From the sequence record MT446412.1: a stretch of DNA of 64,000 nucleotides; one strand, 5' to 3'. Below are positions 9,722 through 17,587 of the stretch, piece by piece. The stretch comes from Escherichia virus TH41. Position 1 is the stretch's first letter. Each line of letters begins with the position of its first letter. Under the pieces are notes generated by a model. It saw nothing but the letters and a program-made list of their open reading frames with translations. It did not search any database and was not told where the DNA came from. A program made the position numbers and the translations under genes.

Positions 9722-10900
9722 ATGTCTATTGCAGATTTGAAATCCCGTTTGATTAAAGCTTCTACATCCAAAATGACTGCGACTCTTACCAAGTCCAAGT
9801 TCTTTAATGATAAAGATGTAGTTCGTACAAAAATCCCGATGCTGAACATTGCAATCAGCGGTGCACTAGATGGTGGTATGCAGTCAGGTTTGACTATTTT
9901 TGCTGGTCCGTCAAAACACTTTAAATCCAATATGGGTTTAACGATGGTCTCTGCATATATGAACAAATACCCCGATGCAATCTGTTTGTTCTATGATTCA
10001 GAATTTGGTATCACAGAAGCATATCTTCGTGCAATGAAAGTTGACCCGGAACGTGTTATCCATACACCAATCCAGTCGGTTGAACAATTGAAAGTTGATA
10101 TGGTTAACCAGCTTGAAGCAATTGAGCGTGGTGAAAAAGTCATTATCTTTATTGACTCAATCGGTAACATGGCGTCGAAAAAAGAAACAGAAGATGCGAT
10201 GAACGAAAAAGTTGTTGGCGATATGACTCGTGCTAAATCCCTGAAATCTCTGTTCCGTATTGTTACCCCATATTTTAGTATCAAGGATATTCCTTGTGTC
10301 GCGGTTAACCATACAATTGAGACGATTGAGATGTACAGCAAAACCGTTATGACCGGTGGCACAGGTGTTATGTATTCCGCAGACACCGTATTCATTATCG
10401 GCAAACGCCAGATTAAAGAAACTGGTAAAGAACTTGAAGGCTTCCAATTTGTTCTGAACGCCGAAAAATCTCGTATGGTCAAAGAGAAAAGTAAATTCTT
10501 CATTGATGTAAAATTCGATGGGGGTATTGACCCGTATTCTGGCCTGCTTGATATGGCAATGGAAATCGGATTTGTGGTGAAACCAAAAGTTGGTTGGTAT
10601 AACCGTGAATATCTTGATGTTGAGACCGGCGAAATGGTCCGCGAAGAAAAATCATGGCGCGCAAAAGATACTAACTGCACCGAATTCTGGGGTCCGCTGT
10701 TCAAGCACGAACCTTTCCGTGATGCAATTAAACGCCATTACCAACTGGGTGCAATCGATAGCAATGCTGTTGTTGATGCTGAAGTTGATGCGCTTATTGC
10801 CTCCAAGGTTGAAAAATACTCTGCTCCTGAAGGTAAGACAAAACCGTCCGCTGCAGATATCGAAAACGATTTAGATATGATGGAAGACCTTGATGAATGA
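9722..10900 (+). CDS. uvsX: RecA-like recombinase UvsX
   Basis: 392 aa; Walker A GPSKHFKS; near-collinear match to T4 UvsX. Confidence 0.95.
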   Translation: MSIADLKSRLIKASTSKMTATLTKSKFFNDKDVVRTKIPMLNIAISGALDGGMQSGLTIFAGPSKHFKSNMGLTMVSAYMNKYPDAICLFYDSEFGITEAYLRAMKVDPERVIHTPIQSVEQLKVDMVNQLEAIERGEKVIIFIDSIGNMASKKETEDAMNEKVVGDMTRAKSLKSLFRIVTPYFSIKDIPCVAVNHTIETIEMYSKTVMTGGTGVMYSADTVFIIGKRQIKETGKELEGFQFVLNAEKSRMVKEKSKFFIDVKFDGGIDPYSGLLDMAMEIGFVVKPKVGWYNREYLDVETGEMVREEKSWRAKDTNCTEFWGPLFKHEPFRDAIKRHYQLGAIDSNAVVDAEVDALIASKVEKYSAPEGKTKPSAADIENDLDMMEDLDE

Positions 10901-11234
10901 TATCGATTTATCTGATTTAGATAATTTCGAGAAAGATGCGGAGGGAGCTAAGGCTCCTTCTGTACCTTACTACGAAAAAAGTTTGGAGATTATCCGGCAA
11001 TCCATGGGAACCGTACGACAGGAAATTCTGTTATCACTCCCTGATGGGTCCAGTCACATTGTGTACGTAACCGGAATTAAAATTGAACCATCTGGAAAAG
11101 TTTCAGTTGATTTCGGCACCCCTTCTGAAGACCGCAAAGCGGAGCTTGCAGTGCATGTAGAAAAGTGTGTTACAATGCAAATACAAGATGAAATTGATAA
11201 GATTAAAATGAAAAAGAGGTGGTGGAAGTGGTAG
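10890..11234 (+). CDS. gp40-like protein (114 aa)
   Basis: Size and position between uvsX and 41 as T4 gene 40; sequence not independently recognised. Confidence 0.45.
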   Translation: MMNDIDLSDLDNFEKDAEGAKAPSVPYYEKSLEIIRQSMGTVRQEILLSLPDGSSHIVYVTGIKIEPSGKVSVDFGTPSEDRKAELAVHVEKCVTMQIQDEIDKIKMKKRWWKW

Positions 11235-12658
11235 AAACTATTTTATCCCAGCTACTCTTTAACAAGGAATATTTTGTTAAAGTCTGGCCATATCTGAATA
11301 ACACATATTTTGAAAAGGGTCCAGCAAAGACCCTTTTTAATACGATTAACGAACACGTAAAAGAATATCAAGCGGTACCAACTAAGACTGCACTTGATAT
11401 CGCGCTCGACAGTTCTGACCTTTCTGAAGTCGAATATGAAGGCACAAAGAAACTCTTAGGAGTCCTGGCCGATACTCCAGAAGACCAGGAATGGTTGGTT
11501 AAAGAAACCGAGAAGTATGTACAGAAGTCTGCGATGTTCAATGCCACATCCAGGATTATCGAAATCCAGAGCAATGCCGAACTTCCGAAAGATAAACGTG
11601 ATAAACGAATCCCGGATATTGGTGCTATCCCTGACATCATGCGCGATGCATTGTCTATCTGTTTTGACTCTGCTCTGGGCCATGACTGGTTAAACGATTA
11701 CGAAGCTCGATTCCAGACTTATCTGAACAAATCGAAGAAGGTTCCGTTCCGTATTAACATCCTGAATAAAATCACGAAGGGCGGGGTTGAGTACGGTACA
11801 GAGAACGTTTTACTGGCCGGGACGAACGTCGGCAAATCCCTTGGACTTTGTTCGCTGGCGGCTGACTATCTTCAGACTGGTCATAATGTGCTTTATATAA
11901 GCATGGAAATGGCTGAAGAAGTATGTGCCAAACGTATTGATGCCAACTTGCTGGATGTGTCTCTGGATGATATTGATGAAGGTCATGTGTCATGGGCGGA
12001 ATACAAAAGTAAGATGGAAAAATGGCGTGCAGCCGGGACCCTTGGGACTCTGAAGATAAAACAATATCCAACTGGCGGTGCTCATGCGGATACCTTCCGT
12101 GCATTGCTGAATGAATACAAACTGAAGCAAGGGTTTGTGCCGGATGTGATTATTGTTGACTACCTGGCAATCTGTGCAAGCTCAAGACTGAAAACGTTTA
12201 CCGAAAACAGTTACGGCCTGATTAAGATGGTTGCAGAAGAACTTCGTGGTCTGGCGGTCGAGAAAAATGTGGTCCTGTGGACTGCAGCGCAGACAACCAG
12301 GGGTGCGAACGTTGCAGCTGAGATTGATATGGCTGACATCGCTGAATCTTTTGGTATTGCTCACACGGCCGACTTTATGTTGGGTGTTGTTGAGACCGAA
12401 GAATTCGCTCAAATGGGACTACAGTTAATCAAACAGCTTAAGTCTCGTTACGGCGATAAGAACTACTATAATAAATTCAAGATGGGTGTTAAGAAAGGTA
12501 ATCAGCGCTGGTACGAGGTTGATGATGATTCAGCTCCTAAACAAGGCCCTACGGTTAAAGAAGCCACTGGTGAGATGAATCGCCAGGCTGAAATGAATAG
12601 ACAAACCAGGGTCAACAGGAGCGACCTGGACGACCTTGCTGCTCAAATGAAATTCTAA
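11219..12658 (+). CDS. 41: replicative DNA helicase gp41 (DnaB family)
   Basis: Walker A GTNVGKS, DnaB-like blocks matching T4 gp41; start probably GTG at 11228 (M-V-E-T-I-L) overlapping gp40 stop. Confidence 0.93.
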   Translation: MVEVVETILSQLLFNKEYFVKVWPYLNNTYFEKGPAKTLFNTINEHVKEYQAVPTKTALDIALDSSDLSEVEYEGTKKLLGVLADTPEDQEWLVKETEKYVQKSAMFNATSRIIEIQSNAELPKDKRDKRIPDIGAIPDIMRDALSICFDSALGHDWLNDYEARFQTYLNKSKKVPFRINILNKITKGGVEYGTENVLLAGTNVGKSLGLCSLAADYLQTGHNVLYISMEMAEEVCAKRIDANLLDVSLDDIDEGHVSWAEYKSKMEKWRAAGTLGTLKIKQYPTGGAHADTFRALLNEYKLKQGFVPDVIIVDYLAICASSRLKTFTENSYGLIKMVAEELRGLAVEKNVVLWTAAQTTRGANVAAEIDMADIAESFGIAHTADFMLGVVETEEFAQMGLQLIKQLKSRYGDKNYYNKFKMGVKKGNQRWYEVDDDSAPKQGPTVKEATGEMNRQAEMNRQTRVNRSDLDDLAAQMKF

Positions 12659-12677
12659 AGACCTTCGGGTCTTTTTC
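12658..12677 (+). terminator. intrinsic terminator (TTCG tetraloop)
   Basis: AGACC-TTCG-GGTCT followed by TTTTT right after gene 41 stop. Confidence 0.65.
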
Positions 12678-12685
12678 ATTTAGAG

Positions 12686-12715
12686 GTTTACAACACCATA
12701 AAAAGGGTGTACTAT
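12686..12715 (+). promoter_or_regulatory. early promoter cassette
   Basis: GTTTACA, spacer hairpin ACACC..GGTGT, TACTAT; leader CATCAACTACTGATGAGG. Confidence 0.5.
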
Positions 12716-12746
12716 TATCCCATCAACTACTGATGAGGATAATAAA

Positions 12747-12995
12747 ATGTTATTAGTTAATGTGCAGTACCAGTTCAAATCTGAAGAAGCTCTCCAAAAG
12801 TATGCTGATATTTGTGAGCATAATAAAAGAACAGCTGCCATTGTTGGTCTGAAGCCTTTTAAAATTTTGGATTGCTCCTTGAACAGAGCAAGACGCTGGT
12901 GTAGTGTTGCCTGTCATGCTTCAGTTGAAGGGAATGATTATTTTTTCATTACTTTCAATGCACAAGATTTTCATTTAATTAATGAATTAAAATAG
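12747..12995 (+). CDS. hypothetical protein (82 aa)
   Basis: ORF with RBS, preceded by cassette promoter and leader. Confidence 0.55.
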   Translation: MLLVNVQYQFKSEEALQKYADICEHNKRTAAIVGLKPFKILDCSLNRARRWCSVACHASVEGNDYFFITFNAQDFHLINELK

Positions 12996-13024
12996 TGTAC
13001 AAGCCCCTTGTCTTAGGACATAAT
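12995..13024 (+). promoter_or_regulatory. early promoter cassette
   Basis: GTGTACA, 17 nt, CATAAT; leader CCATACTGAGTT. Confidence 0.6.
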
Positions 13025-13073
13025 GATTCCATACTGAGTTACACAATAAACCAACTGTTAAAAGGAAAACCAT

Positions 13074-13376
13074 ATGTTTAATCAAACCGATATGAACCGT
13101 TACTATTTTGGTCAGTTCGCTCGCCGTGATGAAAACTGTGCTGCTCTTATCGCATCAGGCATTCAAACTGGTAAATTAATAAAGCTCAAAAGCGATGTTC
13201 AACCTTCATCTGTTCGCAGCTCTCTTCGTGAGTATCTGCTTGCAGGCGGGGCAGTATATGTTATCGCTGAACCTTTTGTTAACGTGTGCGACGATTACAC
13301 AATTAGTGTGACTGTTATGCACCCAACTACTGGGAAAATTCGTTGTCTGACTATGCACAACTATGAGTTGGCGTAA
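13074..13376 (+). CDS. hypothetical protein (100 aa)
   Basis: ORF following the cassette promoter. Confidence 0.55.
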   Translation: MFNQTDMNRYYFGQFARRDENCAALIASGIQTGKLIKLKSDVQPSSVRSSLREYLLAGGAVYVIAEPFVNVCDDYTISVTVMHPTTGKIRCLTMHNYELA

Positions 13377-13383
13377 GTGAATA

Positions 13384-13406
13384 AAGGGGCTTACAGCCCC
13401 TTTTTC
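13384..13406 (+). terminator. intrinsic terminator fused to a -10/leader
   Basis: GGGGCT-TAC-AGCCCC followed by TTTTT, then TATAAT and leader CTATCAACTACTGGAG. Confidence 0.65.
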
Positions 13407-13444
13407 TTATGTTATAATGACTCTATCAACTACTGGAGAATAAA

Positions 13445-13762
13445 ATGAAAACCATTGATTGCAAGGCAGAATACAAAGTTTATTATCATGGGTCAAGTTC
13501 TAATGCTGGAATCCAAAATATGCTTTGTCCTCCTGATGCAACTGGTGTTCTGTCAGAAGTTGGGCGTAAGAAAAATTTAGGGCGTGTGTTTTTTACTGAA
13601 GATATTGGTTTGGCGCGTATCTATGCAGGAAGAGCAGCTCGCTCATATGGAGGAGAACCCCGTCTTTATCGTGTGATTGCACCTGTTGACGTGGTTTGTT
13701 TAAATGATACTAAAGGCGCAACAGTTTATCACGCTGACTGGGCCTTCTGTGAGGAAATCTAA
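13445..13762 (+). CDS. hypothetical protein with PARP/diphtheria-toxin-like H-G-S motif (105 aa)
   Basis: YYHGSSSNAGIQNM then GRVFFTEDIGLARIYAG pattern; see findings. Confidence 0.55.
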   Translation: MKTIDCKAEYKVYYHGSSSNAGIQNMLCPPDATGVLSEVGRKKNLGRVFFTEDIGLARIYAGRAARSYGGEPRLYRVIAPVDVVCLNDTKGATVYHADWAFCEEI

Positions 13763-13966
13763 ATGTATAAATTAGAGAACGTAGTATTTATTGGTTGGTT
13801 TGAAAATGGTAATATGTTTACCAAAGAAACCGCGCTGGATGTCAGTGACAAAAATATGATTGAATGGGTTACAGTGCAGTATGCGGAAGTGAATAATGCG
13901 CTGGTTAAAGCCTTTGTTAATGACAATAAAGTTTTTGAATATGATGCCCGCATTGAGGAAATCTAA
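13763..13966 (+). CDS. hypothetical protein (67 aa)
   Basis: ORF abutting the previous stop; shares NALVKAFVND block with the next ORF. Confidence 0.5.
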   Translation: MYKLENVVFIGWFENGNMFTKETALDVSDKNMIEWVTVQYAEVNNALVKAFVNDNKVFEYDARIEEI

Positions 13967-14308
13967 ATGACTTTTAATCCAGAAGACCGCGTAAAAGTAA
14001 CAATCAAAGTGAGTGCCGTTGGCGTTCCATCTTTTGAGCGCTCAAGTATGTTCCATCCCGCAGGTATTCACTGGTATGTTCAGAAGACTGCTGATAACTA
14101 TAATGCGCTTGTTGAAGCTTTTGTTGATGGCGAGCTAATCCATAAAGTAGACATGCGTAAGGGCACTGCATTGCGTAATCTTATCTTGACCGTTGAAGCT
14201 CAACTGGTAAATGAAGAAATCTGCCTTACTGATATTGAAGCAGCTCTTCATATTGCACGTGCTGAATATTACAAATTGACTGGTTTTTCAGTTGAAGGTG
14301 AAAAATAA
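13967..14308 (+). CDS. hypothetical protein (113 aa)
   Basis: ORF; NALVEAFVDG block paralogous to the previous ORF. Confidence 0.55.
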   Translation: MTFNPEDRVKVTIKVSAVGVPSFERSSMFHPAGIHWYVQKTADNYNALVEAFVDGELIHKVDMRKGTALRNLILTVEAQLVNEEICLTDIEAALHIARAEYYKLTGFSVEGEK

Positions 14309-14338
14309 GTGTACATCAAAGGGGTAATGCAGTATATT
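14309..14338 (+). promoter_or_regulatory. early promoter cassette
   Basis: GTGTACA, 17 nt, TATATT; leader CTATCAACTACTGAGGAG. Confidence 0.6.
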
Positions 14339-14366
14339 ATCCCTATCAACTACTGAGGAGATTGAA

Positions 14367-14660
14367 ATGAAAAAGTTATTAATCGCAGCAATTCTTACCG
14401 TAGCATCATGTGGTACAGCCCCAGTTACTGCTGGGCTTGATAAAGACCTTTGTGAGTGGTCCATGACTGCGGACCAGACTGATGTTGAACACCAGATTTA
14501 TGCTGACATCATGAACATTACTAAACGTGACCACCCAGATATGGTTAAAGAAGTATCTGACCAACTGGCTTCTGGTGACGTTATGCAGTATAACTATGTT
14601 CTGTATTGCGATGCTTCATTTGACAACAGCAAGATTGTTCAATGGGTTACAGGTGAATAA
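14367..14660 (+). CDS. putative lipoprotein (97 aa)
   Basis: Signal peptide with lipobox TVASC. Confidence 0.55.
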   Translation: MKKLLIAAILTVASCGTAPVTAGLDKDLCEWSMTADQTDVEHQIYADIMNITKRDHPDMVKEVSDQLASGDVMQYNYVLYCDASFDNSKIVQWVTGE

Positions 14661-14661
14661 A

Positions 14662-15102
14662 ATGATTAACAGAAATTTAGTTATCAAAAAACTTCGTTGT
14701 AAAAATCAAAATGCACAAGCATACAGGATGTTTTGGAGCGACGAACCCATTCAATACCTGGGTTATTTTCTTGTTGATAGTGATAATAGAATTACGTTTG
14801 CTCATAAACTTCTTAACAAAGAATTAAACCATTGGCAAGAACTTATTGCGGTCAAGTCTAAATTATTTTCGCGCAATACAATGCACCAATTGGTTTATTT
14901 TTTCGCTGACGGTATTCCTGACAAGGTTGAGTTTGATGGGTTTGAATTTAAAGACATCACCCCTGATAATGAATTGAATGACAGTATTGTTAATATGGGT
15001 ATCCCGGGTAAGTACATCAAAAACAGTCTTTTGAAACTTCTGGAAACCCCTGTATATTCAGTTGACGACCAGATTTTTAATGCCTTCATGAAGCGAGATT
15101 AG
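14662..15102 (+). CDS. hypothetical protein (146 aa) with C-terminal DDQIFNAFMKRD tail
   Basis: ATG at 14662 (track ORF 14527 is a GTG-extended version overlapping the lipoprotein); tail shared with next ORF. Confidence 0.55.
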   Translation: MINRNLVIKKLRCKNQNAQAYRMFWSDEPIQYLGYFLVDSDNRITFAHKLLNKELNHWQELIAVKSKLFSRNTMHQLVYFFADGIPDKVEFDGFEFKDITPDNELNDSIVNMGIPGKYIKNSLLKLLETPVYSVDDQIFNAFMKRD

Positions 15103-15103
15103 T

Positions 15104-15463
15104 ATGAGTTATTATAATTTTCTGAATTTTGAACTGGCGAGCAATAATGATGGTAATGCTCATTATGAATTTCGTGAGCCACGGTTTAATCAAGCGATTG
15201 GTTATATTATCGTCAAAGATGATGTTATCATAAAGGCTCGCTCATTTATGGTAATGAATGGACCTTATGAAGATACTCGCGGCTATCCATTTGATAAAAA
15301 GAATGTGCGCGATTGTGCAGCATGGATAACCGGAAACCCCGAAATTGGGGTCATGATATCTACTGAAGCGAATGACATTCTGGAAGGGGTTTGGGCCAAA
15401 GCTCAAGAATCGTCTATTGCTATTGACGACCAGATTTTTAATGCCTTCATGAAACGAGGTTAA
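15104..15463 (+). CDS. hypothetical protein (119 aa) with C-terminal DDQIFNAFMKRG tail
   Basis: ORF; last about 36 nt nearly identical to the 3' end of the preceding gene. Confidence 0.55.
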   Translation: MSYYNFLNFELASNNDGNAHYEFREPRFNQAIGYIIVKDDVIIKARSFMVMNGPYEDTRGYPFDKKNVRDCAAWITGNPEIGVMISTEANDILEGVWAKAQESSIAIDDQIFNAFMKRG

Positions 15464-15464
15464 T

Positions 15465-15686
15465 ATGTTTGTTTTAACTCAATTTTCTAAAGCAACATAT
15501 AGCTACTCTTGTCAATGGGAAGTCTTCATTGATACACCGTCTCCCAAGTATGGAGTTTTCGGACGAGTAACTACACAAGCTTATGTTGCGCGACCAACCA
15601 AACGTCAGATTCGTAAGCTTAAAAAGGCGCATCGCCAACTGATTAAAAGAAGGGAACAATATGAGTGCAATGTGTACGGGCTCTAA
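15465..15686 (+). CDS. hypothetical protein (73 aa, basic C-terminus)
   Basis: ORF starting 2 nt after the previous stop. Confidence 0.45.
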   Translation: MFVLTQFSKATYSYSCQWEVFIDTPSPKYGVFGRVTTQAYVARPTKRQIRKLKKAHRQLIKRREQYECNVYGL

Positions 15687-15852
15687 GATTTCCGTATTCG
15701 AGATTTTTGAAGAATATGAAATCGTGTCGCAAGACCAAGAAGCAATCCATGTTATCGCTGATGATGGTGTTACCTGGATTATTCCGTTGTATCATGAAGA
15801 CACTTATGAAGTGACTGATGCAAATGGTGATAAAGCTGTCTTCGTTGTATAA
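15661..15852 (+). CDS. hypothetical acidic protein (63 aa)
   Basis: ORF overlapping the previous ORF end. Confidence 0.45.
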   Translation: MSAMCTGSKISVFEIFEEYEIVSQDQEAIHVIADDGVTWIIPLYHEDTYEVTDANGDKAVFVV

Positions 15853-15855
15853 ATA
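15848..15855 (+). promoter_or_regulatory. late-promoter-like TATAAATA box
   Basis: Exact TATAAATA 17 nt upstream of a small ORF ATG; overlaps the preceding stop codon. Confidence 0.4.
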
Positions 15856-15871
15856 GCGGAAAGGGGGTGTT

Positions 15872-16039
15872 ATGAAAACATTCAAAGATTTTATCAACGA
15901 AAATATGGTTGCCGGTGATGCAGGTGGAAATCCAACTAATATCGCAACAGGTACCACTTCCGGGGCAGTTGTCAATAAAGGCCCTGAACAAATCCCATCA
16001 AAAAAGCGTAAGAACAAAGACGATAAACCTACAGTATAA
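15872..16039 (+). CDS. small hypothetical protein (55 aa)
   Basis: ATG after GGGGGTG RBS; MKTFKDFINEN...KKRKNKDDKPTV; below the ORF-track size cutoff. Confidence 0.35.
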   Translation: MKTFKDFINENMVAGDAGGNPTNIATGTTSGAVVNKGPEQIPSKKRKNKDDKPTV

Positions 16040-16071
16040 TGGTCCTCCGGGGCCATTGAAATGAGGAAACT

Positions 16072-17100
16072 ATGTCATATATTGATAAAGAATTTGCGGT
16101 TAGAGCTTTATCGTATCAACCACGTTATAGAGAAGTCACCGGGAGCACATTTAAAGCAAACTGTCGTTGCAAGGTTTGTGGGGACTCCCAGAAAGATTCA
16201 CACAAGGCTCGATTCTGGGCGTATACTAATCCGGCTGATGGCGCGGTTTACGTGAAATGTTTTAACTGTGACTACTCCACGCATATAAGCAAATACATAA
16301 AAGAGTTTGAGCCGGATTTACACTGGGAATATATGGTTGAGAAGTATAAGGAGAATGCCTTTGGCAGACAACGTAATGAAGTTGCCGAAACTCCGAAAGA
16401 ACCAGAAAAAACTCCGGTTATCGAAGAGCTTGCTTTTTGTGAAAGACTCGATACTTTACCAGAAGCGCATCCTATAATTAAGTATGTAAAAAGTCGGTGT
16501 ATTCCTAGCAATGTTTGGAACCGGTTATGGTTTACAAACAAATGGCCTGCATTAGTTAACTCCGTTAATCCTGGGACGTATAAGAATGAAACGAATGAAC
16601 CACGCTTGGTTATTCCTATCTTCAACGGCAAAAAAGAAATCGAATCTTTCCAAGGACGAGCTCTTCGCAAAGATGCACCACAAAAATATATCACAATCAA
16701 AGCTCACCCAGAAGCTTCCAAAGTCTATGGTGTAGACAAGATTGATGAGCGCAAGCGCGTGTGGGTAATGGAAGGTCCGATTGATAGTTTGTTTATCCCT
16801 AACAGCATTGCGATAACTGGTGGAACATTGTCATTGGAAGCCGTTCCTTATCCAGAAACCAGAGTATGGGTAATGGACAACGAACCAAGACATCCGGATA
16901 CGATTAAACGTATGAAGAAGCTCGTTGAAGCTGGCGAAGCTGTTATGTTCTGGGACAATGCACCATGGCATACGAAAGACATAAATGAGATGGTTAAATC
17001 AGAAGGAGCAACCCCTGAACAAATCGAATCATATATGGCTGATAACGTTGCCCAAGGATTGATGGCGAGAATGCGACTTTCGAAGTACGCAAAAGTTTAG
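16072..17100 (+). CDS. 61: DNA primase gp61
   Basis: 342 aa as in T4; N-terminal zinc ribbon CRCKVCGDS...CFNCDYS plus TOPRIM-like core. Confidence 0.93.
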   Translation: MSYIDKEFAVRALSYQPRYREVTGSTFKANCRCKVCGDSQKDSHKARFWAYTNPADGAVYVKCFNCDYSTHISKYIKEFEPDLHWEYMVEKYKENAFGRQRNEVAETPKEPEKTPVIEELAFCERLDTLPEAHPIIKYVKSRCIPSNVWNRLWFTNKWPALVNSVNPGTYKNETNEPRLVIPIFNGKKEIESFQGRALRKDAPQKYITIKAHPEASKVYGVDKIDERKRVWVMEGPIDSLFIPNSIAITGGTLSLEAVPYPETRVWVMDNEPRHPDTIKRMKKLVEAGEAVMFWDNAPWHTKDINEMVKSEGATPEQIESYMADNVAQGLMARMRLSKYAKV

Positions 17101-17297
17101 GAAGGGATTCCGGTAAAGTAACCAATAATAGAATGGATATGTTCCATTGTGACCTGAGGTAAGTGCACCCCTTGTGTTGCGGCGATGGGTACAACCAGTA
17201 AGTTCCACAGGAAAACATCAAGAGCTAAAAAGCCCATGATGAGCTTCTTGTCTTTCTTACTGGTTAATTTCCAAATCTGATAGAATAATGTTCCCAT
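17097..17297 (-). CDS. small membrane protein (66 aa), paralog A
   Basis: Antisense ORF convergent on gene 61; GGTGG RBS; TM segment FLWNLLVVPIAATQGVHLP. Confidence 0.5.
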   Translation of the reverse strand: MGTLFYQIWKLTSKKDKKLIMGFLALDVFLWNLLVVPIAATQGVHLPQVTMEHIHSIIGYFTGIPS

Positions 17298-17305
17298 AGT
17301 TCCAC

Positions 17306-17503
17306 CTATATAAGGCCGATTAATGCCAGTGAAACATCTACAACTGATTCGAGCGCGACGACTGGTAATATAACACCATGTGCCAATGCAATAGGGGCAA
17401 CAATGAAATTCCAGAGTAGAACTAAACAGAGTACCGAAAGGACCAGAATCGTTCGCTTACGACTGCCTTTGATGGCTTGAATTAGACTAGATAGTTTTAG
17501 CAT
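17306..17503 (-). CDS. small membrane protein (65 aa), paralog B
   Basis: Strong AAGGAGGA RBS 7 nt upstream; TM segment LLWNFIVAPIALAHGVILP paralogous to the neighbour. Confidence 0.5.
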   Translation of the reverse strand: MLKLSSLIQAIKGSRKRTILVLSVLCLVLLWNFIVAPIALAHGVILPVVALESVVDVSLALIGLI

Positions 17504-17523
17504 ACATCCTCCTTTCTTGTATT

Positions 17524-17549
17524 TATGCTTTAAACCAATACGATATAAT
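17524..17549 (+). promoter_or_regulatory. candidate MotA-dependent middle promoter for gene 56
   Basis: taTGCTTtA, 11-nt spacer, TATAAT. Confidence 0.45.
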
Positions 17550-17587
17550 TAACATACAAACAACATGAATTGATAAGGAAAAATATA

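Noticed and set aside
13321-13340. Copy of the leader motif CAACTACTGG inside the coding sequence of ORF 13074..13376
   Set aside because: It lacks the accompanying promoter and SD and sits in frame within the ORF; likely chance or a remnant.
14527-14661. GTG-extended N-terminus of ORF 14527..15102 overlapping the lipoprotein gene
   Set aside because: The extension overlaps the preceding coding sequence in another frame; the internal ATG at 14662 has an RBS and abuts the upstream stop.
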